A stretch of 60,128 nucleotides of DNA, filler included, from Asterionella formosa (Eukaryota): NCBI GenBank assembly GCA_002256025.1. It is 6 parts of 6 records of this genome, joined end to end, with 100 filler letters (N's around TTAATTAATTAA, not from the genome) between each part and the next. Parts side by side here need not be neighbours in the genome. Positions count along the whole stretch, not along the records: positions 1 to 9,957 come from NKIB01010031.1; positions 10,058 to 20,009 come from NKIB01010042.1; 4 more parts are not named here. The stretch is one strand, 5' to 3'. Every line of letters starts with the position of its first letter. Position 1 is the first letter of the stretch. A program made the position numbers and the translations under genes. Below the pieces are notes generated by a model, which saw only the letters and a program-made list of their open reading frames with translations, was not told the origin of the DNA and did no database searches. Positions 1 through 10,595 of the stretch are shown one piece after another.

Positions 1-196
1 ACTGGTACCTGGTACAGGCACACCTGGTACAAAACTCTGAACACAGGTAACTTTATCGTGATAACACGGCTTGAACGATTACTATCCCCGATATACCGGT
101 ATCATCACATCATCCATCCATTACAATCCTCTGTTTATAATTGCTTGTGGTCGAGATTACAACCTCTGTACCCGTTGCCCCGTTGTTACTTACGTA

Positions 197-1510
197 ATGA
201 GAGCAACAACATTAGCATCATTGGAGACTGATGATAATGATAATGATGGTAATAATGATGGAATTCCGAATGGAATCGGCTCACCCTCCTCTCCACTTTT
301 AGTATTGCCATCCGCAACTGTAGCATCAATCAGCAACAACAACAGCAACAACAACCACAACGAGACCATCCCAGAGGTGCTTATTGCTCGAAAGCGTCCT
401 GCTTGTGAAGTGTTTGATCTCCCACCATGCGCATCCAGTGATGGATTGGCGGTTACGAAACAAACACCGGTAGAGAGCACTGGAGGGACAGCATGTAACA
501 CAGCAACGACTCCTGACGTTGACGTTGACACCAAGACCAGTAAAGACTATTACTTTGATTCCTATGCTCATCATGCTATTCACGAAGAAATGTTAAAGGA
601 TGATGTACGTACGCGAACCTACGAAACAGCTATTCTTCAGAACAAGCACCTCTTCCAAAACAAAGTGGTGCTGGACGTTGGATGTGGAACTGCCATTTTA
701 AGCATGTTTGCCTGCCAAGCAGGTGCCAAACATGTCATTGGCGTGGATTGTTCCAGTATCATTCACAAAGCTCAACGAATCGTTGAATTGAATGGCTTTG
801 CTGACAGAATTACGCTAATCCAAGGAAAAGTGGAAGAGATTGAGCTGCCAGTCACACATGTAGATATTATTGTTTCCGAGTGGATGGGATACTTTTTGTT
901 GTATGAAAGCATGTTGGATACAGTCCTGTATGCAAGAGATAAGTGGTTGGTCCCAGGAGGGATTATCTTTCCAGACAAAGCGACAATGTACATTTGTGCA
1001 GCTGAAGATGGTCAAGGCAAAAGAGATAGAATTGCCTTTTGGGAAAATGTATATGGCTTTAATATGATGCCCCTGCAGGAGGTGGCACTGCAAGAGCCTG
1101 TTGTTGATGTTGTGGCTCCAGATGCAATTGTGACAAACTCTGTTGCATTCTTGTCATTAGATATCTTAACTTGCACCAAGGAAGACTTGAGCTTTGAAGC
1201 AGATTTTGAACTGGAAGTGCAACGTAATGACTTTCTTCATGGCTTAGTGGTATACTTTGAGTGTGCCTTTACACAAGTTCACAAACCAATTGGGTTTTCG
1301 ACAGCACCCTTTGCTCGATACACACATTGGAAGCAAACCATGCTTTATCTGAAAAAAACACTGACCATTTGCCAGGGAGAACGAGTTAAGGGATCATTGA
1401 AATGTAAGCCTAATGCCAACAACAATCGAGACTTGGATATTGAGTTGTCTGTCAAGTTCGATGGTCAATACAGTAAAATGAATTCAAAGTCCGATTATAA
1501 GCTAAGATGA
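197..1510 (+). CDS. PRMT1: Type I protein arginine N-methyltransferase (PRMT1-like)
   Basis: DYYFDSYAH..IHEEMLKD, SAM motif VLDVGCGTAILS, double-E loop VSEWMGYFLLYE, THW loop YTHWKQT. First in-frame ATG at 197 (track start 71 is TTG). Confidence 0.95.
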   Translation: MRATTLASLETDDNDNDGNNDGIPNGIGSPSSPLLVLPSATVASISNNNSNNNHNETIPEVLIARKRPACEVFDLPPCASSDGLAVTKQTPVESTGGTACNTATTPDVDVDTKTSKDYYFDSYAHHAIHEEMLKDDVRTRTYETAILQNKHLFQNKVVLDVGCGTAILSMFACQAGAKHVIGVDCSSIIHKAQRIVELNGFADRITLIQGKVEEIELPVTHVDIIVSEWMGYFLLYESMLDTVLYARDKWLVPGGIIFPDKATMYICAAEDGQGKRDRIAFWENVYGFNMMPLQEVALQEPVVDVVAPDAIVTNSVAFLSLDILTCTKEDLSFEADFELEVQRNDFLHGLVVYFECAFTQVHKPIGFSTAPFARYTHWKQTMLYLKKTLTICQGERVKGSLKCKPNANNNRDLDIELSVKFDGQYSKMNSKSDYKLR

Positions 1511-1920
1511 TTACTTATATTATGTGCATGCCTTTCAATTTGTTTTGTTTAATTTGGTGGAAATGAAAGATACCAGGTATGGTACTGTTGGTACAAATGT
1601 CACTGCTGACATCAGACTATCAGTTCAGATTGTACCTTCAGTTGACACCATCTGCCATGGCAGATGCTTGAGGAATTCTCAGGCATGGACAGGATCATAT
1701 TGTTTTGTTTATGATGAGTTGAAATACACAGAAATTCCTGATTCCCAATTTGGTAATGAATGAGGAGGTGCAGTACAAAATGATTGTTGTCCTTGATTAT
1801 CGATCACCATGGGAACTTGCTCTGCCAAGAACTTACCGGCATGATATACTACCGGTAATAGCCTGTAAACCTTGAGACATTGGTAAAAAGAATATTCAAC
1901 GCCAAACGTGCAAAAACCCG

Positions 1921-2802
1921 ATGGACTTGATCGAGGGTAGTTCGTCCTCGTCAGAGAGCGTAAACAGCATTAGCAGCAGCAGTAACATTAGCGAAGATGA
2001 AGGGAGCGAGAATCAACGTTCTATTCCTACTACCGCTCATCATCATCTAACGTCGACGGCATTACCCAATAATAATACAGCTGATAGTATTAATAAACCA
2101 AAGAGCAGCATCATCCTCATTGACGCCGATGATAAAGATAAATCTGCCAGCAACAAGGACGTGTTTATCAGGACTACTCCCCACACTCGTGGCAATTGGT
2201 CTGGGCATGTGTTTTGTCAAGTACATCATCAAGATCAAGAAGAAGCATCATCATTCATGATTCAGGGCTTTCGAAATGAACTTGCTCGAGTGGGGTGGAC
2301 AGGAGCAATAATCCTGCATGCAAAGGACGACTTGCATGTTTCTCTATCAAGACCATTTGTACTACAACAGGCTAACATAGAAAACTTTGTTCGAGAATTG
2401 ACAAATCAATTAATGGGGGTTCCGAAAACAACACTTCATGTGATGAGCTGCTACCAAAATAAACATCCGCTCCTCCTTGTCAATGACTCTGGCACTAGGT
2501 CCTTTTGGGGATGGTCCTTGTCGACAAATCCCGTCATGCAACACATTATTGCATGCGTTGACAGGGCACTTGCCAAATACCAACAACCTGCATACTATGA
2601 CCCGCCTTTACTACACGTGAGTTTGGCATCCATACCCGGGGTGGTCCCACCCGAGTTCTCGACAGAGAGGATTGTTGATTGGATGAATATGAGCACTGAT
2701 ATTTGCGATGAGGAAGGGATAATACTACCCAATCCGGTTCCAGTGGAGCAGGTTATTTGCACATTTGGAACTACGAAGAAATACATCATTTCATTGTCAT
2801 GA
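1921..2802 (+). CDS. USB1: U6 snRNA phosphodiesterase USB1-like (2H phosphoesterase)
   Basis: Two HVSL motifs (LHVSLSRP, LHVSLAS), N-terminal PH.RGNW, and P.YY.P before the second HxS. Confidence 0.88.
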   Translation: MDLIEGSSSSSESVNSISSSSNISEDEGSENQRSIPTTAHHHLTSTALPNNNTADSINKPKSSIILIDADDKDKSASNKDVFIRTTPHTRGNWSGHVFCQVHHQDQEEASSFMIQGFRNELARVGWTGAIILHAKDDLHVSLSRPFVLQQANIENFVRELTNQLMGVPKTTLHVMSCYQNKHPLLLVNDSGTRSFWGWSLSTNPVMQHIIACVDRALAKYQQPAYYDPPLLHVSLASIPGVVPPEFSTERIVDWMNMSTDICDEEGIILPNPVPVEQVICTFGTTKKYIISLS

Positions 2803-3122
2803 GAAAGGTTGAATGACTAGATTTGGAACAAATCAATCTTACCTCGACTACATTTTTTGTGAATTATGAACGCTGAGCGAAATCCATGACTATTAATTCT
2901 TTCCTTCCAGAGACACCATGCCTTTTGACCATTACATGCCTGTCTGTGATCGCTGGCCCTGATAGCAGGCATGAACCAATTCCTTCATATCTTGCAAAAC
3001 AAACACAATGTGCACTATGGTAAAATGACGAAATACTTCTATACTATAAATTTACACCCCCGGTCCCCAGCAATAAGAATCAATGAAACTTGGTTCAATT
3101 GTATACCATCTCTCTCTTTCTC

Positions 3123-5035
3123 TTAAAAGCACCGATTGCAGCACGTAGGAAAAGTGCATTGAAGTTGGGGAACTGCACCACCACAATCTGCCCATAAATC
3201 TTCCAATATGGCCCCCGTTGCGTTGTTTCGTAATTTACAGATCGACTCCGGTACACTGCCGGTGAATTGATTGTTTTGAATCAACAACTCATTGAGCTTT
3301 AATAATTTACCGTCCGGTATAGTTGGGACAGTACCTGTCAAGGAGTTTCCATCCAGGAAAAAGTCCCGTAAACCCGGTACATTAGCAAATGATGCTGGGA
3401 AGGGTCCTGTCAACGAACAGTTGGAAAAATAGACAAGGCGAAGGTCTTCCATGAAAGAAAAAAAGTCTTGTGGGAAAGTTCCATTTATTGCACTGTTTGA
3501 GGACATGTCCAAGAATTGAAGTGAAAAAAGGTTTTTTAAATCATTTGGAATTTGATTCTCGATGTACATTTTGTTGAGAATCAAATTCTCAAGTTGATAG
3601 AGTGTCCCAAGTTCAGAAGGGATCGTCCCAGAGATCGGATTGTCGCCCAAACGAAGATCAGACAAATATATCAGCTTTCCGATGGATGTGGGTATGCTTC
3701 CTGTCAAGTCATTGACGTCAAGGCGGAGCGACAACAAGGACGTGAGGTTGAAGAATTCAGAAGGAATAGTTCCCGTTAATATATTGTAGCTCAGACTTAT
3801 CTCCATTAAGTTGGACATGAGTCCAATCTCAGAAGGAATAGCCCTGGTCAACATATTATTGTAAAGGAACACAGTTTGCATACTGGTCAACAATCCTAGT
3901 TCGCTCGGCAACGATCCAGTGAGAGTATTCACACTCAACCATAACTGTTCCAATCCAGTCAGACGACCGATATCAGATGGAATTATACCCTCGAAATTGT
4001 TTGACGATCCACGCAGAGCTATAAGCGATGTTAGCGAAAGTATTTCGGAAGTGAAGGGCGATCCGGAGAGAGAATTGTTTTCAAGATCGAGCAATTGAAG
4101 AGCGGTTAGGTTCCTGATTCCAGTAGGAATATTTGATGCCAGTTTATTCATATAAAATTCGATGCATGTGGCATCATAGAGGGTAGAAATTTCGTTGGGG
4201 ATAGTTCCAATGAGATTGTTCTTGTCTAGAGGACACACATTAGTTAGAGTGAAATATGGTGGACAAGACCGCAACAGACATTACTTCTTGACAACGTACT
4301 CAGATTAATCTTGTCGACAGTCACATTCTTGGCATCGCAAGTGATGCCAAACCATTGACACTCCGGCATTGCACTAAGCCACTCATTGTTATTAATCCAG
4401 TTTGCTCCTCCAGTTGCGAAGTATATTGTTGCCAACCCATACCGCTGCTCAAGGGTGGGATATACACAAGGGTCAATTTTTAGAGGGTCGTCAAGGGTGA
4501 TCCAATCAATGGCCATTCCTTGAGGTGTGCTGGGGTCAACAAGGAGTGCTGGGTCTGCAACCTGAGACAAAGATGCAAGAATGTAGGCTTCCCTCGTAGT
4601 GCCAAATAAACAGTCCCCAGAAGTGGGAGATAAAGTGCCTATAGGGGGCGACGAAATCGGACTAGATGTTGGGGAAAGAATAGGAGCTGCTGACTGGGAA
4701 ATAGGGGCAGGCGTTCTGGTAGGGGCAACGGGCTTTTTGGTGGGCATAGCCATACTCATACCCACGCTCATTGATAAATCCAGCAGGTATCGATCTTCAA
4801 GTATCTTCTCAACCTGTTCGTCGATTGCATTCATGGAGCGAGACCACAAGTCTTCAAGATCATGCTCATTCTTGAGCATGAATTCATCCTTTTTCACTTC
4901 AGATCTTTTCACGGGGGGTACTTCAAAAGCAACTCTCTTTCTTCTCAAATTTCCGGTCTGTTCGCAGTGTACGACTTGCAGACAAGTCGTAATCAACGCT
5001 GCAATTAGCAAGGTGTTGGAAGTGGATTTTCTCAT
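3123..5035 (-). CDS. Secreted leucine-rich-repeat protein, 2 exons (5035-4300, 4225-3123)
   Basis: Signal peptide MRKSTSNTLLIAALITTCLQVVHC, Pro/Ser/Thr linker, LRR N-cap (QRYGLATIYFATGG..W..EC.WFGITC), about 12 LxxLxLxxNxLxGxIP repeats. Intron 4299-4226 (GTACGT...CTAAC...CTCTAG) joins the two track ORFs in frame. Confidence 0.88.
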
Positions 5036-6339
5036 TGCTGTCAGATTGAATGATTCTTTGTCGACATGTACCAAAATTGTGCTTTGCAACGAAACAATTG
5101 TCTTGGTGCTTGGTATACCTCACTGGTTTTTCAACAATATTGTGAGTCGATGGCTCAACGCATCTGATTTCAAGAAAAGCAATCCAATCGTAGTGATTTT
5201 AAATGTACGATTACTACAGATTTGCATGCTACAACACATACATCCAGGTCTTGCTGTATACAAATCCTCTTATATTCGAACTAAATACACGAAGGTGTAA
5301 ATAACTCGAAAGAGGTTGAAAGAATCAATACTTATATCCTGCATGAGTGTAGACGAGTATAGCAATTAGTTTTGTGTAATTCCTACTGTTATTGCCCTCA
5401 CAAATTAGTTGGGGCTTAAGAACGGCTGCCTTAACGGTGCGCCAAGCACATTTTCCGGAATGTAAAAAGTAAAGTGACGTGATTGAATGAAGCGGCTATC
5501 GGTAAATGTCCCGACACTCACTGGTTGGACTCCGTACCAGGTCGGTACCAGCTACCAGGGTACCGTCAATGCTTAATTAAGTCGTAAATAGGCCTGATTT
5601 AGGGGACAACTTGTTTTGAGATTTTTTATGTATGTACAGCATGATCATATGTATGCATACAACGGTGAATAAAAAATCGCTTTTTCATTCTTGCACCTAA
5701 ATGAACGTCTGACATTCTATTTTCGGTATCAAACTAACCCGACATCAACGAAGCCGAGTTGATTCAATGGTTTTTCCGGTGAGGTATTGTTTTGTCGATC
5801 AATATGTATCCCTCGGAAGAGTTCAAGGGAAATCACTGCCCGATTTAAGTTTTTGGCATCCGTTCAATATTGAATGGCGAAGGCGAGTTCTCAAGCCAAT
5901 GTTCGAGAGACATTGTCGCTCATGGGCTGAAGGACAAATGCACGAATACTTCGTCTAGCAACCTCATAAGCACGGCAATCATATCAGTCTCCTCCTGTAC
6001 GACTCGATTCGAACCCATTCGTTTAAGACCCGCTTTAACGGAGATTTCCTATCGTTTTCCAGTGGTTCATAGTTGATATTATGTGATCCATTCTGATTAG
6101 ACATTAATTGGCACCAAAACACGCCTTAGCAATACATTGTTAGCTTGGCTCCCAAGAGCCCCAACTGGCCTGAAGTGTATTTCCAACATGGCTGAAATAT
6201 CGAACCTAAGTGCAATAATCAGGAACTGTAAAAAAGCATACAGAGTAATAGTGAAAATTCTAACAAATAAATCCACACAATTGGCACTCCATGTAGAGAA
6301 GACACAAATGGCACAATCTATAAATTTGGAAGCAAACAT

Positions 6340-7197
6340 TTATTCAACATTGGCACTTTCGTTAGCTCTGATATTGTTCCAATCTAAAGGCATTGTCATT
6401 GTGTGAGGCCGTCCATTTTCCCTCAGCACCAGGAGATATAAATCAAAGGAATTGTACATCATCGTCATCATTTCAGGAATATCCGGACCCAAATCAGTGA
6501 CAGGGAAAATTACTTGAAGTGTTTGAACCAAGTCTTCTATAGTCGAGTGAGATTTTGCGTACGCACTTTCTGCTGGCAGTTGTGGACGAGGATGACTGTC
6601 TATCAACCAAAATTGTCCGGAGCTTGACGATGGAGGCAGGCAAATCACAATTGTTTCCGGTACTTTGGTAATAAGTACAGCGGTCCATTGATTTTCTGGT
6701 GATCGCTCATGACATCCTTGAAGCATAGCTCCAAGCCCTAGTGGGTGCTGCCGATTCGACGAAAGTACGCCCTGTCTGATCCCGTCGGGTAGTAGCTGCA
6801 ATGGAAATGCTGGCAAATTTTGAGCGATCACTTCTTCAGCTGAAACGTGCTCCACGTTATTAGTCGAGGGAGATAGTTGCTGGTACGCAGATACTCCATT
6901 CAGCACCATTTGCTGTAAGAATGCAGGAGTCACGCTACTTGGGTCATTGAGAAAGAGTGTCGCGCCTGCCAGGGAAATGCAGGTGCAGGCCGACCTTCCA
7001 TTCTCGACACTGTATTGACTTATAGGCCCTACAACGAGAGAGCCTGATATCCCTGATTCATGCACGCCGCAGTCTCCGCCATTCAGTAGATACTCCACGG
7101 CGAGATCAGCATTGCCACCACAACTTTGTATCGCGTGTTCCACTTGCGCCCGTTCAAACCCCATGGCAACCAGTTCATCAGCGCTTGCCATTTTCAC
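6340..7197 (-). CDS. UBA-domain protein with probable viral-tegument-like (peptidase C76-related) deubiquitinase domain
   Basis: UBA: LVAMGFERAQVEHAI..CGGNADLAVEYLL. Downstream SQY....GRSACTCISL and FWLIDSH resemble the Q..C / D-x-H signature of herpes tegument-type DUBs (domain call is inference). Confidence 0.7.
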   Translation of the reverse strand: MKMASADELVAMGFERAQVEHAIQSCGGNADLAVEYLLNGGDCGVHESGISGSLVVGPISQYSVENGRSACTCISLAGATLFLNDPSSVTPAFLQQMVLNGVSAYQQLSPSTNNVEHVSAEEVIAQNLPAFPLQLLPDGIRQGVLSSNRQHPLGLGAMLQGCHERSPENQWTAVLITKVPETIVICLPPSSSSGQFWLIDSHPRPQLPAESAYAKSHSTIEDLVQTLQVIFPVTDLGPDIPEMMTMMYNSFDLYLLVLRENGRPHTMTMPLDWNNIRANESANVE

Positions 7198-7662
7198 TAT
7201 TTGATGGCGTTGGGAGAGCAGTTGTAAATGACAGAAGTATACCTTGTTCGAGAGGAGTCTGTGATGACGATTATAAGCTTCCCTCTTACCGTACTACGTT
7301 GAGTTCAATGGATGAACAACCGTACAAATTCGTTCTTTGTCATACATGTGTCATGCTGTCATGCAGCATGCATTCTTTATTTTGTTAGTGTTATGTCAGA
7401 ATATCCTCAGAGAAGATATGTGTATGTACGAGTTTTTATTTTATTTCATATACTCCGTATGTATGTATTTATTTTTTATGCCTCAGCACAGCACAAAATT
7501 CAAGGGCTCAGTTGTGATATCATACGACTCGGAGTACCGGGACATTTTATGGGTGTCAGTTGTCTCAAAACATCAATTCCATAAAACAATACGAACTACG
7601 TATTTGTACATATTCTTCATCAGCCAAAGTTGTGTTGGTTGTTGCGGTGATGGATGATCCTG

Positions 7663-9379
7663 TTATCCATTTCCAAAGACATTCTCAGTATCCGTTATGT
7701 CGCTTCTTCGGTTGCTTGAACTCAATTGAATGATTGGGGACTTTTCAACCTCATCATTATTGACCGGGAGCGCCGTCATGAGCATGCGAGGAGTGTTAGT
7801 CTCGAGTGCCTTTGGTATCGTTGCTTTGTTGCTACGCATTGATGAAATCCAGGAAGTTTCGTTCAATTCATCCGTCCTAGTGATCGATTTCTTACATTTT
7901 TCGAGGACAGGAGCACAACCCACCACCTCCTGGATAGGTTCGTTACATCCACATGGGGCTTTTGCACTGAGTCCACTTGCTCGCTTTACTGGGCGGAGCG
8001 AGGATTCTGCTAAAACATCAATACCTCGCTTCATTGTTTGCATTATTTGGTAAGAACTATTGCTTTGTTTCATGTCCTGAGTATGAAACTCCTGTGGTAG
8101 CACATGATTTTTACTGTATTCTTCTTTATTATGTGAAGTCATGCTAATGGCTGAGCGATTGTTTCCCATGTGATTAAGACGTGGATGCAGTTCAGTCTTG
8201 CCATCGTGGGATCTCTCATACATGGATGCTTCACTTTTATATAATTCCAACACGGAAAATTTTTTTGGGACCGAAGATTCAGCACCACTTGATTGAACTC
8301 TCCTCGCCGAACAAGTAGTAGCGATTTGATGTCGAACAGTTGTACTTGTACTTGTACTGTTGGAGCATCCCATTCTTGACTGACGGGATTCTTGAGTGTC
8401 GCTTGTCTCTTCTAAAACCAATAATTCATTAACGTGGCTGCTTTGTATAAAAGCTTCATGCCTTGCACGTCCTTTATCTGAAAGATGTGTATTGGCATGC
8501 TCCTTCATTGGTTCCTTGTTGTTGCATGCACTAGTACAACCGATAGTCATTTGAGCTGTAGTATAACCAGTAGTAGTGGTGTGATGACTCGTCGTCAGAA
8601 AAGCTTCAGTCAAACGAGTGATTTTCTCATGGGAAAGCTCCAGCAATGTTTGAATTGTCATGAATTGAGAAGAAGATTCCAAATTCCAATGAGAATCATG
8701 GGATCCCGGCACAGGACGAGACTTTGCATTTGATACCTGCAAGTCCTTAGGTAATAGATCACAGCAGTGATTGTTGTAAGCTCAAGCATGTACAAAAGGC
8801 GCAAGTGCAATTCATGAGGAAGCACGTACCGTATAAACTCCAAATCCTTTACGTGGTTCGACCTTTTTGGTTTCCTTACTTCGTCGGTGTTCTCGGAACA
8901 ATTGACATGTCTTTTCTTTGGCCCGGTCATCTCCTACGTCATTCCACAAAAGATCATCATCAATAGCCTTTTTCAAAAAGCGACCAGGGGGATCTTGCGC
9001 CCTCCAAGATCTTACAATGTCCATGGCTATGATCCCCCTACCCATACGCGTTCCGTTTTCATACTCTGTTGTCTTGTTTAGCACAAGCTTGCGATAATCT
9101 TTATTTCCAGGGTCTTTTGTAACAATAAACAAAGGTATGGTTGGTTCGTAGTTCATGCAGAGCAAATGAAAAAAGTCAAGCACCTGAGCAAGGCAACTTA
9201 CGATGATTTGTAGCTCCTCCTCGACCGAACAATACATCATGTTCACACGGATCCCTGATTCCGTTTGAGGGCCAATCAACGCTAGGCTGTTTTTTCTTTT
9301 CAGTGCCTTGATTTTCTTTATATGCTCTTGACGAATCTGCGTCATTTTCTGTCCTATCCTTGCTGTTTAACATGACCAT
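7663..9379 (-). CDS. DUF6824-type protein, 3 exons (9379-9202, 9113-8830, 8736-7663)
   Basis: Spliced product reads HDVLFGRGGATNHHPGNKDYRKLV...PPGRFLK...W.DVGDDRAKEKTCQLFRE. Introns 9201-9114 (GTAAGT..AAAG) and 8829-8737 (GTACGT..GCAG) are phase-compatible. Confidence 0.82.
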
Positions 9380-9957
9380 CTGCTATCTTCGAACTTAGTT
9401 TAGTCAAATTTATTCTTGCAATGTTGAACTTACAGTCCATACAGACAGGGAAAGTAGTTGGAGATTAGATGTCAAAGTTTTGCTTATTAGTTGATGTTGC
9501 TGCAAGCGAGCGCCAAATAATATATAGATTTGTGCAAAAATCTGTTCAAATTATTACCGCTGGGTTAGTCCCGGTCTTTATTGGTTCACGTTTAAGTCAT
9601 GTTCGAGCGAGTCATGAATTTAACCTGCATAAAAGTCGCTATCTACATATTACTTGCGTTTGTCATTGTAAAAATAAATGAATGAACAGATGATATATAC
9701 CGTTATGTAGTAAATATATTAACATGAATCCAGTCATGCTTGCTTGTCCTGTGTCAATTATTTCTACCGAGTATGTACATGTTTGAATCATGTGCCCGTC
9801 AACATGCAATTTGGAAAATATTCTTGTATTTCACATGCAGCCTATTGTGCTTGAAACTTTCATTGATAAAATGGTCAATTGAGTCATTGTAAAAGGAATC
9901 CTAATCAGTCTTCTTTTTTTCTTAGCTAAATTAATATTGAAATACCGATTGACCGCA

Positions 9958-10057
9958 NNNNNNNNNNNNNNNNNNNNNNNNNNNNNNNNNNNNNNNNNNN
10001 NTTAATTAATTAANNNNNNNNNNNNNNNNNNNNNNNNNNNNNNNNNNNNNNNNNNNN
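9958..10057. other. Artificial scaffold spacer (44N-TTAATTAATTAA-44N); same spacer at 20010-20109, 30048-30147, 40085-40184, 50113-50212
   Basis: Identical 100-nt six-frame-stop linkers. Flanked pieces are 9957, 9952, 9938, 9937, 9928 and 9916 nt, i.e. length-sorted. Confidence 0.97.
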
Positions 10058-10187
10058 CTTTCTCACGCCGCTCGTCTGCAGATTCTTCTGCTATATAAAT
10101 CCTGTCTATTTCCGTTTAGACATTCCTCAGACTACCTAGTCTTCGGACACCTGTCGACATCAACAGCCTAACAGACACACTCTGACA
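10058..10187 (-). mobile_element. Partial LTR (first 130 nt) of the TRIM-like family seen at 29506-30047
   Basis: Near-exact reverse complement of 29918-30047; begins TGTCAGAG at 10187 and is cut by the scaffold end. Confidence 0.85.
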
Positions 10188-10595
10188 GGGTCAGGCATCT
10201 GCATTTCGCTCGAGATAAGCAAAAGTGGAAGTCGAAAAAGCCGAAAAACGTTTTTTTCTGATGTAGTTGCCAATTTTAATCTTTCTATATATAATATATT
10301 CATGGATCACTATCTTAGAGCAAGTTGCACCATAGGGCTATTGAGCCGGAAAAAATCGTAGGAGTCAAAATGGCCCCGGATAAATTTGAATTATCGATGC
10401 AAGTGTTACTAGACAGAGGGAGTACCAGGTACTGATAAATAGCACCACTGCTGATGATGGGGGTCTACTGTACCTGGTACTTGTATTCTTATTATACCCG
10501 CCCTGTGTGTACTGGTACCGCTATGCCAACACTTCGGAAAAGGCCGACCTATTTTTAAAACACATAAAAATATATTAATAAACTGATCGAGACCA

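Noticed and set aside
71..196. N-terminal extension of the PRMT1 ORF from TTG at 71
   Set aside because: Non-ATG start in a eukaryotic gene, and it spans an intergenic-type TACCGGTA motif; ATG 197 preferred.
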